From IMG/VR virus record IMGVR_UViG_3300045988_171102: DNA of 64,000 bases, one strand, 5' to 3'. Both the position numbers and the translations under genes were made by a program. Every line of letters begins with the position of its first letter. Position 1 is the stretch's first letter. The stretch comes from a virus. Shown one piece after another: positions 45,783-56,365 of the stretch. The notes below the pieces were generated by a model that was not told the DNA's origin, did no database searches, and saw only the letters and a list, made by a program, of their open reading frames with translations.

Positions 45783-47402
45783 TTGTGTGCCAATAACAGT
45801 GAAATAAATTCACATGATTATTCACAAATAAATTTCGCTCCTGACCTTGTTGAATATTGTAACCATCGTCATTTTAATGGTGAGTTACTTTATTCTTTAT
45901 CACAAGTTGAAACAATTATATCTCATCCACAAGATTACCCAGTGGCTGCAAGGAAGTTGGGACAATGGGCATATAATACAGACGGTGCTATTAAATCAGG
46001 AATTAATAAAATGTCTACGATGCATTATTTAAGCTATGTATTATTTAGTTCAAGTTCAAAAGGTAAAGATGAATTGGTTTTAAAAAACAAGCAAAAGTTT
46101 AATGCTACTTTAAGAAAAATTCGATACAAAAATTTTTTTAGAGATTGCATTAAGAGAGTTTCGATTGAAGGAACGGCTTATTATTACTTTGATGTTCAAA
46201 AGAGAAATTCAAGTGTCGGAAAATATATGAGTGACATAGATGTTTCATTTATTCAAGAAATAAATAATAAGAAAAATTTAGATTATGAAGTTAATTTATA
46301 TTCTTTACCCTTTGAGTATTGTCAGTTGGTAAGTCGTCAAAATGGAATACCAATTATAGCTTTTAATGTCAAATATTTTACCGAGAACTGTGTTTCAGAA
46401 AGTGAAATTCAAAGGCAGTTAGCAACTATGCCATTAGAAATTGGTAAAGCTTTTGATAAGTGGAGAAAGACAGGTAACAAAGGTAAAAATTGGATAGTTC
46501 TTGATTGGCGTAAAACAATTTATATTACTAATGGCAGTACAGACAGAGATAAATGGGGTGTTCCACTTGCTCTAACCTCTCTTGATGAAATTATGTATGC
46601 TAATTATTTTGTTGATACTAAACGAGGTGTTTTGAGTAACATCAATAATAATTTAGTTTATGAAACATTTCCACTTAGAGGTGATGGCTCAGGTAAGAGT
46701 ACATTGACAGATGCTCAACAGAGAGAACAGCATAATGTATTAAAAAATGCAGTTTCACAAAAGAGTAATAGTCAAAGAACTGCTGTAGTATCATTGGCTG
46801 CTGGTACACAGTTAAATAATTTAAAAATAGACACAAGTTTATTTGATGAGAAAAACGAAAAGTCAATTAAGGATAATATAGCTGAGTCATTAGGTTTTTC
46901 TCCATCAGCTTTATATGGCGGTTCAAAGTCAAGTGGCTCAAATTATGCAACTGCTCTTTTGAATTTGGAGTTAGTAGCAAGTGATACATATTCAATTATT
47001 GAAAAGATCGTAGATGAATTAAATAAGTGTATCAACTTTAATATTATTAAAGATGTTAATAATATAGTAAATATGTACATTCTTCCTATTACATCCTTTA
47101 ATAGAGATAAATATTTTGATAAGTTTAAATCTATTTATTCAGATTGCGGTGGTGCTATGACACCTTTGATTGCTGCGACTGGTATAGAACCTGATGTTTA
47201 TATTGACATTATGAAATTTGAACGAAATCAAAATTATGAAGAATTATTTCCCCCACATCAATCAATGTACACCTTGAGTAATAAAAATAAGCAACAAAAT
47301 ACAGACGATAAAGGTGGTAGACCTGAAAAGGATAGTTTAGAGAACGAGAATACAATAATATCTAAAAATAATAATGCAAATATTTCCCCTTCTCCAAATT
47401 AA
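45783..47402 (+). CDS. portal protein (true start probably upstream near 45696)
   Basis: Size and position directly after terL. The frame is open upstream and encodes ..ILDKLFGGKRE.. after SD GGAGTGA. Confidence 0.6.
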   Translation: MCANNSEINSHDYSQINFAPDLVEYCNHRHFNGELLYSLSQVETIISHPQDYPVAARKLGQWAYNTDGAIKSGINKMSTMHYLSYVLFSSSSKGKDELVLKNKQKFNATLRKIRYKNFFRDCIKRVSIEGTAYYYFDVQKRNSSVGKYMSDIDVSFIQEINNKKNLDYEVNLYSLPFEYCQLVSRQNGIPIIAFNVKYFTENCVSESEIQRQLATMPLEIGKAFDKWRKTGNKGKNWIVLDWRKTIYITNGSTDRDKWGVPLALTSLDEIMYANYFVDTKRGVLSNINNNLVYETFPLRGDGSGKSTLTDAQQREQHNVLKNAVSQKSNSQRTAVVSLAAGTQLNNLKIDTSLFDEKNEKSIKDNIAESLGFSPSALYGGSKSSGSNYATALLNLELVASDTYSIIEKIVDELNKCINFNIIKDVNNIVNMYILPITSFNRDKYFDKFKSIYSDCGGAMTPLIAATGIEPDVYIDIMKFERNQNYEELFPPHQSMYTLSNKNKQQNTDDKGGRPEKDSLENENTIISKNNNANISPSPN

Positions 47403-47522
47403 TAAATTAAATATTAATAATACTCTAAGACCGCTACTATAAGCGGCTTTTTGTATATGTGGAAGATGGCGAGTGAACCTTCCAGCCTTAATGCTTTTGA
47501 GCAGGAGGTGAAATTATAAAAA

Positions 47523-48677
47523 ATGTTTTTATATGAAATTAGCAATCAACAACAAGCAGGCTATGTTAAATGCAAATTAGCACTTCATGAAATATTTGAT
47601 AGCAATGACAAATATCAGAACAATGGTATTTCATGGCAAGAACCATATGTAACTAATAATTTAAAGTCTGCTATTGGTGCATCAATTACTGCCGAATTTA
47701 CAGATGACGATAAAACAGAAATTTGGTCACATGGTATGACAGGATATCGCAATGGAGTATTGCAATGTGCAAATGCAAGTATTGTTGGAAGTATTGTAGA
47801 TGCATATGTGACTGATATTAATTTAGATGGAAAATTTATAAAAGTGCTTATGGCAGATTGTAAATTAGATTATATTCGGCATGGAGCATTTATTGATCAT
47901 TATAGACAAATGTTTAAAGAGCATGGACATATGTATGGTTCTGTTGAAATAACAGGTACGGCAGAAAACAATAATCAAATTGTTTATAAGGATAATTTTA
48001 CTGGCACAGGACGAGTACCGACAGAATATGAATATAGCGGTTTTGCATTATTGGATTCTTTTGTTGGACAAGGTGATGATGCGGCAATAGTTGTTGAATT
48101 AAATGCTAAACATACACAAGGAGGAAAAGAAATTATGGATATGGCACAGTTGGTTAATGAAATCTCTCAGAAGATTTCTGATGAAGTTAATAGCCTTAAA
48201 GACGAGTTTAAATCAAAGAAAACAATTGAAGAACTTGAAGCTCAGGTGTCGGAACTCAATGAGAGAATTACAAGTTTGAATGACACGATTAATAGTAAAG
48301 ATGTAACAATCACAGAGCTAAATCAGCAGATTGAGGATATTAAAGCTGAAAAATCTGTTTGTGATAAAAAGCTTTCAGAGATTGAAAAAGTTAATGAATG
48401 TAACTCTTTAGAAGAAGCATTGAAGCCTTTTAGTGAAGATGAGAAAAAGTGCGTAGAGGCTGAAATTAATTCATTTAAGGAGAGTCCATTTGATAGCAAG
48501 ATGTCTATAGATGAAATCGTTACTAAAATTAAGGCTACTGCATTTGATAAGATTCAGGCTGATAAGAAATCAAGTGAAATTAATTCACTTGGCATAGGTT
48601 CATTGTTTATTGATGTTGATATGCCTGACGAAACAAACCTTGAAAAAACAGAAGAAACTGATATTTTTGATATTTAA
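47523..48677 (+). CDS. scaffolding-like protein (C-terminal coiled coil), possibly fused to another N-terminal domain
   Basis: Position between the portal and capsid genes. Long heptad-like acidic region. Confidence 0.45.
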   Translation: MFLYEISNQQQAGYVKCKLALHEIFDSNDKYQNNGISWQEPYVTNNLKSAIGASITAEFTDDDKTEIWSHGMTGYRNGVLQCANASIVGSIVDAYVTDINLDGKFIKVLMADCKLDYIRHGAFIDHYRQMFKEHGHMYGSVEITGTAENNNQIVYKDNFTGTGRVPTEYEYSGFALLDSFVGQGDDAAIVVELNAKHTQGGKEIMDMAQLVNEISQKISDEVNSLKDEFKSKKTIEELEAQVSELNERITSLNDTINSKDVTITELNQQIEDIKAEKSVCDKKLSEIEKVNECNSLEEALKPFSEDEKKCVEAEINSFKESPFDSKMSIDEIVTKIKATAFDKIQADKKSSEINSLGIGSLFIDVDMPDETNLEKTEETDIFDI

Positions 48678-48694
48678 AAAAGGAGAGAATAATT

Positions 48695-49153
48695 ATGGTT
48701 AAGTTTAAAATGGTTGGCGACTATAAGAACGCTCGTAATATTGGCAATCTTAAAGCCTCCGTAAATCTTAAGAATGGTAATCTTGTTACCGTTGACAGAG
48801 CAACAGGCACTGTTGCTCTTCCGACAGCTACTACTGCAAAGAAAGGTCTTTGGCTTGTACAGAATGAAAGAGAACCAGTAGAATATATCGGTTCTACACC
48901 TGAAAACATTATAGCTATTGGTGAGCCAGTAAGACTGTTTGATACAGCAACACTTAAAGATGTTGTTCTTGAAATTGACGATTCTGTACTTACGACTGAT
49001 TACGCTTCAATTTCAAAGGGCGATACACTTGTAGCTGACACAAAGGGTAATTATGAAAAGTCATCTGATGCTACTGGTTATGAAGTTACATTTACCGTTT
49101 TGGAAAAGACAAACTACTGCGGTCACGGTCTTAGTATTTCTGTAAATGTTTGA
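48695..49153 (+). CDS. head-associated protein (decoration or auxiliary)
   Basis: Position directly upstream of the capsid gene; AAGGAGAG SD upstream. Confidence 0.35.
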   Translation: MVKFKMVGDYKNARNIGNLKASVNLKNGNLVTVDRATGTVALPTATTAKKGLWLVQNEREPVEYIGSTPENIIAIGEPVRLFDTATLKDVVLEIDDSVLTTDYASISKGDTLVADTKGNYEKSSDATGYEVTFTVLEKTNYCGHGLSISVNV

Positions 49154-49173
49154 TAAAGGAGGAATGAATAATT

Positions 49174-50262
49174 ATGTTTTCAATTGAGCTTAATAACGCA
49201 CAGAGAAAAGAAGTAAGAGTAAAGAATGTTGATAAGATCAAAAGATATGCTGAAATTAATATGGCACTTCTTACAGGTCAGGATACAACTGCGTATGGTA
49301 AGGAAGTTGATGAAGTAGTTAAGTTTATGTCTCAGCTTGGTGCAAGAGCTGCACAGAATGATGAGACAGCTAAAGCTGAAATTAATACAATTGTAAAGAT
49401 TGGTATTGAGCCACTTCTTGTAAAGCAGATGCAGGTTTATCAGCTTTTTGGTAATTATAGATCTATTGGCATGGATGAAACTCCTGTTGTACATACATGG
49501 ACATATGAAAGTCTTAATGCTGATATTCAGGCAAAGGGTTCAGATGTATCATTTGCTGACCGTAAAGAAGTTAGTTATACTATTCCTACAAAAACTATTT
49601 CTGCTGGTATGAGATACAATTATCGTGACTTTGAGTCAAAGAATTTTGTAGGTACAAACGCACAGGAAATTGAGCAGATTCAGACAACAATGCACAATAA
49701 AGGTGTTGCTTATGTTATTGATACAATTGTATCAGCTTTAAAGAATAACACAACAGGAGTAAAGTTCTACGGTGAATATAATGACGAACCAACACAGACT
49801 GCTACTGATGATATGATTAAGAAGATTCGTAGAATGGGTAAGGTTAGTGTTCTTGGTGATTTTGATAAGATTGCTACAATTTCTGGCTTTAATGGTTATC
49901 AGAATCCAAACTCAACAACACTTCCCTTCTATACACCTTCACAGGTTGATGAAATTGCAAAGCAGGGTTATAACGGTGATTACAAGGGTTCAAGTCTTGT
50001 TGTACTTCCGAACGCTTATAATTTCACAAAGCCTCTTGCAGACAAGACTGCTTTTGAGACTTATTATAATCCAGATCACATTTTCTTTGTACCACAGAAT
50101 GGTCAGTCTCCTATTAATATTATTCGTAGAGGTGGCTTGACAACAATGACAGGTAATGATGTATCAACAGGTTCAATTCTTACAAGATTTGATATGGAAA
50201 TTGGTGCAGATGTTGTTAAGGGTAGAGAATTTGAGATTGGTTGCCTTACAAAGTCAGCGTAA
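49174..50262 (+). CDS. major capsid protein
   Basis: Synteny, size (362 aa) and strong SD AAGGAGGAA. A hairpin (50294-50325) follows the gene. Confidence 0.6.
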   Translation: MFSIELNNAQRKEVRVKNVDKIKRYAEINMALLTGQDTTAYGKEVDEVVKFMSQLGARAAQNDETAKAEINTIVKIGIEPLLVKQMQVYQLFGNYRSIGMDETPVVHTWTYESLNADIQAKGSDVSFADRKEVSYTIPTKTISAGMRYNYRDFESKNFVGTNAQEIEQIQTTMHNKGVAYVIDTIVSALKNNTTGVKFYGEYNDEPTQTATDDMIKKIRRMGKVSVLGDFDKIATISGFNGYQNPNSTTLPFYTPSQVDEIAKQGYNGDYKGSSLVVLPNAYNFTKPLADKTAFETYYNPDHIFFVPQNGQSPINIIRRGGLTTMTGNDVSTGSILTRFDMEIGADVVKGREFEIGCLTKSA

Positions 50263-50352
50263 TAATTATACTTAAATTAATTATTTTGTTTAATACGGAC
50301 AGGTTAGTTATTTAATCTGTCCGTAAATATATTTATAAAGGAATGATATTTT

Positions 50353-50871
50353 TTGGCAAGAGGAACTACAGAAACGACAATTAACACTGAAGGTAGAATT
50401 GCTATTACCAATTTGCGTGGATATGCTTTGCATTTTCGTGATAGTGACAATCGCTCTGATATTATGATTCCCGCAGGTGTAAAAGGCTGGAAAGGCTTGA
50501 CTTATAGAGAAGTTGAAAATCAAGTGGCAATGGACAATAAGATGTTTACTGGAAGTGATACTAAAGGTTCTAATGCCCGTATAGTAATTGATGATGAATC
50601 GGTCAGGAAAGCTATTTTTCACATTGATAATATTGATGAATTAAATACTAAAACTTTAAGTTTAGATAGTGTTAAGAGTTTACTTAAAATTACAGATATA
50701 AAAGCATTTAGAGCAGAAATTGCCAAATATGTTAATAATGAAGGTGACAAACAGGCATTTATTGATCTTGCAAGTCAGGCTGGTATTGATAAAGCAACGG
50801 TTGCTCAGAAAAATGCAATTGAAAAAATAACAGGTTATAAATTTTCCAAGAAGGCTGAAGATGGTGAATAA
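50353..50871 (+). CDS. hypothetical head/neck protein
   Basis: ORF in track (TTG start, 6 nt after GGAATGA). Confidence 0.45.
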   Translation: MARGTTETTINTEGRIAITNLRGYALHFRDSDNRSDIMIPAGVKGWKGLTYREVENQVAMDNKMFTGSDTKGSNARIVIDDESVRKAIFHIDNIDELNTKTLSLDSVKSLLKITDIKAFRAEIAKYVNNEGDKQAFIDLASQAGIDKATVAQKNAIEKITGYKFSKKAEDGE

Positions 50872-50891
50872 AAAATAATTTTTTAGGAAGG

Positions 50892-51302
50892 GTGTTGTGT
50901 GTGAGCGAATTTGAACAAATTATAGAAATTTTTGAAACTAAATATGTTGATGCTTCAACTCTTCCTAAAGAGTTAATATCATTGTGGGCGAAGCTTGCAA
51001 TTGCAGATTACGAAAGAGAAGTAAGTTCTTTAAATTTTGATGTACAAAATGAAGTTTTTAAGAACGGCATATCTTTAACAACTATGGATGTAATAGCCAA
51101 TATTATGAAATTGTATTATCTTGAAAGAGAATTTGATCGTCAAAATAAAAAAATTAATATTGTTGGTAAAGATTTATCTCTCAATGATACTTCAAATGCT
51201 AAGAAAATGACTTTAGCGGAATTGGAGTATTTTAAATCTAAAGTAAATTTATTACTCGATCAGGCAAAAATGCCTGCATATGGTGGTGAGTCGAATGGCT
51301 AA
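50892..51302 (+). CDS. head-tail connector-like protein
   Basis: Synteny only. Confidence 0.4.
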   Translation: MLCVSEFEQIIEIFETKYVDASTLPKELISLWAKLAIADYEREVSSLNFDVQNEVFKNGISLTTMDVIANIMKLYYLEREFDRQNKKINIVGKDLSLNDTSNAKKMTLAELEYFKSKVNLLLDQAKMPAYGGESNG

Positions 51303-52092
51303 AGAATGGACTCAATTTGCTTCTCCCCCATCCTATACTGGTGGAAATGAATCAAATGATTTTAATTTTTTTAAAGAATTATACTTAGATGATATTTTCG
51401 ATAGTCCACTTGGTAGTGATTTAAAATATTATCATGGAAAACCAAATCTTGTAAATGATAATGGTGTTTCATTTAAGGGGGTAGTCCAGCAAGTCATTTC
51501 TGACAATGATGATAGCAGTAAAAAAAGACAAGTCTTGTGTTCAGTAGGCACTTTAACAAGTGGAGACTACATTAAATACAAGGATAATTTTTGGATTGTT
51601 GTTGGATTAGTTGATGATAATAAATTTTATGAAAAGGCAATTATTTATTATTGCAATTGGGTTTTAAAATTTACATTATCGCCTGATTTCGGAAGTAAAG
51701 TTGCTGAATACCCTGTATATTGTACTAATTCTACTCAATATAATAGCGGTGTAAAAAATGCTATAAATACAAAGTTTGGCAGTGCTCAATATTTAGTTTA
51801 TATTCAAAGTAATGATGAAACTAATATGGTTGAGAGAGATACCAGATTTTTAATTGACAAAAATAATTTAAGACCAACTGCTTATAGAATTACGCAGGTA
51901 GATGAAACAAGTAAGTCTTTTAATAACAAAGGCGTCAACATTTGGACTATTATGGAATGTCAGACAGAATATATGAATGATGATATACATAATGGTATTG
52001 CAAATAAAGTTAAGCAAGAAGTTGTGAGCGATAGTTATAAAAATCATAATATTTCAACGAATAATCAAAATTTATTAGACGAATGGGCGTGA
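51295..52092 (+). CDS. hypothetical structural protein
   Basis: Start moved to the ATG after SD GGTGGTGAG. Confidence 0.45.
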   Translation: MAKEWTQFASPPSYTGGNESNDFNFFKELYLDDIFDSPLGSDLKYYHGKPNLVNDNGVSFKGVVQQVISDNDDSSKKRQVLCSVGTLTSGDYIKYKDNFWIVVGLVDDNKFYEKAIIYYCNWVLKFTLSPDFGSKVAEYPVYCTNSTQYNSGVKNAINTKFGSAQYLVYIQSNDETNMVERDTRFLIDKNNLRPTAYRITQVDETSKSFNNKGVNIWTIMECQTEYMNDDIHNGIANKVKQEVVSDSYKNHNISTNNQNLLDEWA

Positions 52093-52129
52093 GCATATCG
52101 CAAGATTAGACAATTTAAATATTTATGAA

Positions 52130-52585
52130 ATGCAAATTTTAAAGAAACTTTGTGAGAACATTGATATCCAAAGACTATTGGATAACGGTGATCCATCATA
52201 TGATCCTCATACTTTAAAATGGGATTATGTTAGACCAGAGGTTTATTATCCTAAAGTTGGCGATGCAGCTCGAACTTATATTACTTTTGGCATTAGTGGA
52301 GATGTTTATGGTGGCAAAACAGAAAAAATGTTATATGTTAATTTTTACATTTATTGTCATGACAGTTTGCTACGAACAGATAAGGGTAAAAGAACCACTT
52401 TGATTGCTTCCGTTATAGATAAATTGTTTAATGGCACACATGATATTGCATTAGGTGAAATGCAATTAACGCAGTTTGATGGAAATTTCAGTGCCACACA
52501 AGATTATCATGGGTATCATTTGATATATGCAGTTCGAGATTTTAATAACCTCTCAAATAGTGACACATTAAGTTATGCAAAATAA
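52130..52585 (+). CDS. hypothetical structural protein
   Basis: ORF in track; synteny. Confidence 0.45.
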   Translation: MQILKKLCENIDIQRLLDNGDPSYDPHTLKWDYVRPEVYYPKVGDAARTYITFGISGDVYGGKTEKMLYVNFYIYCHDSLLRTDKGKRTTLIASVIDKLFNGTHDIALGEMQLTQFDGNFSATQDYHGYHLIYAVRDFNNLSNSDTLSYAK

Positions 52586-53378
52586 AATATTTTTAGACAA
52601 TTATATTAAAATTAATGATTATGTTGAATTGTACATTCCAACAGTGCGTGAAGTATATAAAAATGAAGATGATTATTATTTGTTATCATATCATTTAACC
52701 GCTATGCCTTTCACTCGCAGGGCTGAATTGTGGTTAAATAAAATAGATTACATTACTTTGAATTTTTATGATTTGTTTACTTACGCATTGTATGAAATGA
52801 AAGTGCTTGCTTCTAATGATACACAAATGATTACGAAGGTGTTTGGGACACATAAAAAGAGCAACCCAAACATTGGTAATTTATTTTTTAGAGGGTTTGA
52901 TATAAAAAATATTGAAATCAGATATACAGAGGACAAACATTATCTTGTTGCAGATAGTACAAATCAACATATTTTATTTGATGAAACTGACATAGATAAA
53001 ACGGCAGAAGTTTTAAGAAAAATTATAGGTGAAAAGAAAGACAATAGAAAAGAGGATGCTAAAGGTGCTTCTGGTAGATATGTTCTTGAACGAGCTGTAA
53101 AAGTATTAAAGAGAAAGCTAAAAAAAGAGGCTGAATGTCCACGACAGTACAGTATCATTGAGTCGTATATTGTAACTTTGGTTAATAATAAAGATTTTAA
53201 GTATAATTTTGGAACTGTAATGGACATGAGTTATGTCGAATTTATTTTGTCAGCTAAACAAATTTTACAAAATATTCATGTAGCAAATATTGACTTGGGA
53301 ATATATACAGGCAATATTTTAGCTGATAAATTAACCGATAAAGACCGTTCTTACTTTGCTTTAGAAGTAATTAAGTAA
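52575..53378 (+). CDS. hypothetical structural protein
   Basis: ORF in track; overlaps the upstream gene. Confidence 0.45.
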   Translation: MQNKIFLDNYIKINDYVELYIPTVREVYKNEDDYYLLSYHLTAMPFTRRAELWLNKIDYITLNFYDLFTYALYEMKVLASNDTQMITKVFGTHKKSNPNIGNLFFRGFDIKNIEIRYTEDKHYLVADSTNQHILFDETDIDKTAEVLRKIIGEKKDNRKEDAKGASGRYVLERAVKVLKRKLKKEAECPRQYSIIESYIVTLVNNKDFKYNFGTVMDMSYVEFILSAKQILQNIHVANIDLGIYTGNILADKLTDKDRSYFALEVIK

Positions 53379-53416
53379 GAATGGTCTTTATTATTTTTAA
53401 GGAGGAATTATTTATT

Positions 53417-54211
53417 ATGTCAAAGTTAAATGTAAATAATGTTGTTTTCACAAGCGTTGACACTGTTGATGTGTTTACACCAATGTTTGGCTCATATAAA
53501 TATACTTGTGATGAAATTACAAGTTTTGTAGTAAATAACGGTCAGACAAACACTGATATTGTTGGTGGTAACGGTGCTATTATTAACACTCTTAAAAGAA
53601 ATCCTAATGCAACAATTAGTTGGACTGCTGGTGTTGTTGACGCTAATATTATGGCTGATGAACACGGTACAGAAGTTGTAAATGGTGCAGTGACAATTGG
53701 TTGGAACGACACCGTTAAGATTGCTTCTAATAAAGCAGAATTAAGTTTTATCCCTGTGGACAACCCACTTATGATTAAGGTTGGTGATATTGAATATACT
53801 GTCGGTAAGGCTGCTGAGAAGGGTAAAACAGTTACATATACACAAGGTAGTAAGACTACAAAAGCATCTATTACTTTTGCCGAAGGTGAGTATACAGATG
53901 GTACAGAAGTTCATGTAAAGTATGATCGTCAGATTCTTGCAAGTTATGTTGATAGAGTTTCAGATAAGGTTTCTGAAAAGATTGCCATTAGAGTAACTGG
54001 ACAGTGGGAGGACGCTTGTAACACTGTTCGTAAATGGGAGTTTGATGTTTATACTCTTGACCTTACTGGTGAGTATGAAACAAATATTAGCGACAGTCAG
54101 ACAAATCAAACTTTTGAGGGTAAAGCTCTTAAGACAAGATGTGGTGGTTCAAAGATTCTTACTCGTTGGAAGTTCTTTGATGAAAATGAAGAGGATTATA
54201 CTACAGCATAA
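53417..54211 (+). CDS. putative major tail protein
   Basis: Start moved to MSKLNV, which follows SD AAGGAGGAA. Synteny only. Confidence 0.4.
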   Translation: MSKLNVNNVVFTSVDTVDVFTPMFGSYKYTCDEITSFVVNNGQTNTDIVGGNGAIINTLKRNPNATISWTAGVVDANIMADEHGTEVVNGAVTIGWNDTVKIASNKAELSFIPVDNPLMIKVGDIEYTVGKAAEKGKTVTYTQGSKTTKASITFAEGEYTDGTEVHVKYDRQILASYVDRVSDKVSEKIAIRVTGQWEDACNTVRKWEFDVYTLDLTGEYETNISDSQTNQTFEGKALKTRCGGSKILTRWKFFDENEEDYTTA

Positions 54212-54222
54212 GGAGTGATAAT

Positions 54223-54558
54223 ATGAAGGTTTATAAAACCTGCCCTATTTGCTCTAAGCCTTTTAATCCGTGTAGAATTGGCATTGCCACAACTGGTACT
54301 TTTAATTGGAGAGAAGTAGCTTGTTCGTTTGAATGTGGTCAAAAATATCTGCTTAAGATTGAAGAAGAAAAGAAACCTAAATCAGCTAAAGAGTTTGCAG
54401 ATACGGTAATTGAAGATGTGAATAATTTACAAAATGTTATTATTACAGATGATATTGACGAAAGCACATCAACCTCTAAGGCTACAGACCTTAAAAGCAA
54501 TAAAACCAAAATAAAAAGTAAAACGAAGTCGAAGTTTACTGAGGATGAAATGATTTAA
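54223..54558 (+). CDS. zinc-ribbon protein with Lys/Ser-rich tail
   Basis: CPICSK...CSFECG. Confidence 0.45.
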   Translation: MKVYKTCPICSKPFNPCRIGIATTGTFNWREVACSFECGQKYLLKIEEEKKPKSAKEFADTVIEDVNNLQNVIITDDIDESTSTSKATDLKSNKTKIKSKTKSKFTEDEMI

Positions 54559-54570
54559 AAACATAATTTT

Positions 54571-54611
54571 AATAAGGGAAAATAGACAAAGCCTACTTTC
54601 CCTTATTTTTT
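54571..54611 (+). terminator. intrinsic terminator
   Basis: AATAAGGGAAA-(15 nt)-TTTCCCTTATT followed by a T-run. Confidence 0.6.
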
Positions 54612-54626
54612 ATAATGTGATTATTT

Positions 54627-55148
54627 ATGAATAAGAGTAATAGGACAAAATTTAATGTAGATAAAAATACGGCAAAAAGAATGTCCGATGATGGCATTGT
54701 TTTTGATAGTATTTTAGAGAAAAATTTTTATCAAGAAGTTATTTTGCCCAATGTGCAAAGTGGTATTATTGTTGAATATGAATTACAAAAAAAATATATA
54801 TTACAAAATGACTTCAAGAGAAAAAAACATACTGTCAGGGCAATCACTTATGTAGCTGATTTTTATGTCAAACTATATAACGGGAAAGAATTTGTTTTGG
54901 ATACGAAAGGTATGCCCGATTCTGTTGCCAAAATAAAAAGAAAACTATTTTGGCATAATTATCCTTTAATTGATTATTATTGGGTAGCATACTCTAAAAT
55001 TGATGGTGGCTGGTTGGATTATGAGTTTATACAAAAGCAAAGAAGAATTAGAAAACGACATCCTGAACTTGCGTCACATAATAAAATAGAAAATCAAAGA
55101 TTGTTAGAGGTGAATTTTTTTGAAAAAATTGACAAATACACAGGTTAA
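54627..55148 (+). CDS. PD-(D/E)XK nuclease-like protein (DUF1064-like)
   Basis: ITYVADFYV...EFVLDTKG fits the D...(D/E)xK pattern. Recalled family resemblance, not verified. Confidence 0.4.
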   Translation: MNKSNRTKFNVDKNTAKRMSDDGIVFDSILEKNFYQEVILPNVQSGIIVEYELQKKYILQNDFKRKKHTVRAITYVADFYVKLYNGKEFVLDTKGMPDSVAKIKRKLFWHNYPLIDYYWVAYSKIDGGWLDYEFIQKQRRIRKRHPELASHNKIENQRLLEVNFFEKIDKYTG

Positions 55149-55758
55149 AGAATTAACTAAAGTCAAAAGTTACTCGAAAAAATATGTTTTTGATTCGGGT
55201 GATGAATTACTGTATACAGAATATGCATGGATTGGTCAGGCAACACAATTAGATATGATTACCAGCATAGCAGAACAAGTATTGTTTATAGATGACGATT
55301 ATTGTCCTCAGTATTTAATAGTTGCAAATTATGTTGCGTGGTTAAACGTATGTACTGATATACCTCTTGTAATGAAAAAGATAAAATATAACAATAGTGT
55401 TATTGAAGTAATTGATTTTGAAACGAATTATAATGTAGCCCAAACATTAATTCATACCAATGGCATCCCTCTATGTTTGGATGTAATTGCACATATTATA
55501 AAAGAATATGTTGACGATAGACTGATTGTTAATCATAATCGTCTTAAAACTAAATTAGAGACACTTACTTCAAATTGTGAAAGAAGTGTCTCTATTATTA
55601 TGAATATTAGTAATGAGTTAGAAAAAATATATAAGGATACTGATATTATGACTGGATTACAAGATGTAGCAAATGAAATGAATGGATTAAACAAAAGGTT
55701 GGATAGCAATGCCAGTGATAAAATAATAAATATGTTGGCAAACAAAGACAGTGATTAA
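55120..55758 (+). CDS. hypothetical protein (tail assembly chaperone position)
   Basis: ORF in track; TTG start 6 nt after AGAGGTGA. Confidence 0.4.
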   Translation: MKKLTNTQVKELTKVKSYSKKYVFDSGDELLYTEYAWIGQATQLDMITSIAEQVLFIDDDYCPQYLIVANYVAWLNVCTDIPLVMKKIKYNNSVIEVIDFETNYNVAQTLIHTNGIPLCLDVIAHIIKEYVDDRLIVNHNRLKTKLETLTSNCERSVSIIMNISNELEKIYKDTDIMTGLQDVANEMNGLNKRLDSNASDKIINMLANKDSD

Positions 55759-56320
55759 TATGGCAGAATTTAAATCTTTAGCAGACTTATTTAAATCAGT
55801 AAATAAGGATATTGATCAAGCTTTAGATAGTGGTGTTAGTGATTATGTAACTCAAGTGGCTATTAGCTATGCTAAACAGAGAGTGTATAATAGATATCGC
55901 ATTCATTATGAACGCAAATCGAGACCGCATTATGTCAGAAGGAAGAGTCTTTTGCAGGAAGAAAATTGGAATAGCGAACTTATATCACAACCTGCAATTG
56001 AAATTGGTGTTTCAAATCATACTGTCGCAATTTATAATACGGCAAAACCTAATAAGGTATTAAATGATAAAGGCGAAGCAGCGAATAACACAGATGAGAT
56101 ACAAAGTTTGCCTGAATTAATTGAACTTGGACAAAAAAAATATACGCAAAAATTTGGTGGCGTTGGCTATATGTTTAATAATTTATCTACTAATAAATAT
56201 AGATATTTGCAAGCCAGACCTTTTGTACAAGCAACTGTAAAACAATTAAATAGTAATGATATATTATCAACGGTATTTGATACTTGTTTGATAATGAATG
56301 GTTATCGAATAAAAGATTAA
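55751..56320 (+). CDS. hypothetical tail/neck protein
   Basis: ORF in track; synteny. Confidence 0.4.
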   Translation: MINMAEFKSLADLFKSVNKDIDQALDSGVSDYVTQVAISYAKQRVYNRYRIHYERKSRPHYVRRKSLLQEENWNSELISQPAIEIGVSNHTVAIYNTAKPNKVLNDKGEAANNTDEIQSLPELIELGQKKYTQKFGGVGYMFNNLSTNKYRYLQARPFVQATVKQLNSNDILSTVFDTCLIMNGYRIKD

Positions 56321-56346
56321 GAGACGGGTTTCCTGTCTCTTTTTTA
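56320..56346 (+). terminator. intrinsic terminator directly upstream of the tape measure gene
   Basis: AGAGACGGG-TTT-CCTGTCTCT followed by T5. Confidence 0.55.
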
Positions 56347-56365
56347 TTTGTAGGTGGTGAATAAA

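Noticed and set aside
50294-50325. Hairpin TACGGACAG...CTGTCCGTA after the capsid gene, considered as a terminator.
   Set aside because: It is a good stem but has no U-tract. It may be an mRNA-stability element, so it is noted but not called as a terminator.
55120-56320. Programmed -1 frameshift in the two genes preceding the tape measure (the usual tail chaperone arrangement).
   Set aside because: The two ORFs overlap by only 8 nt with an ordinary ATG restart. I saw no slippery heptamer or extended overlapping frame.
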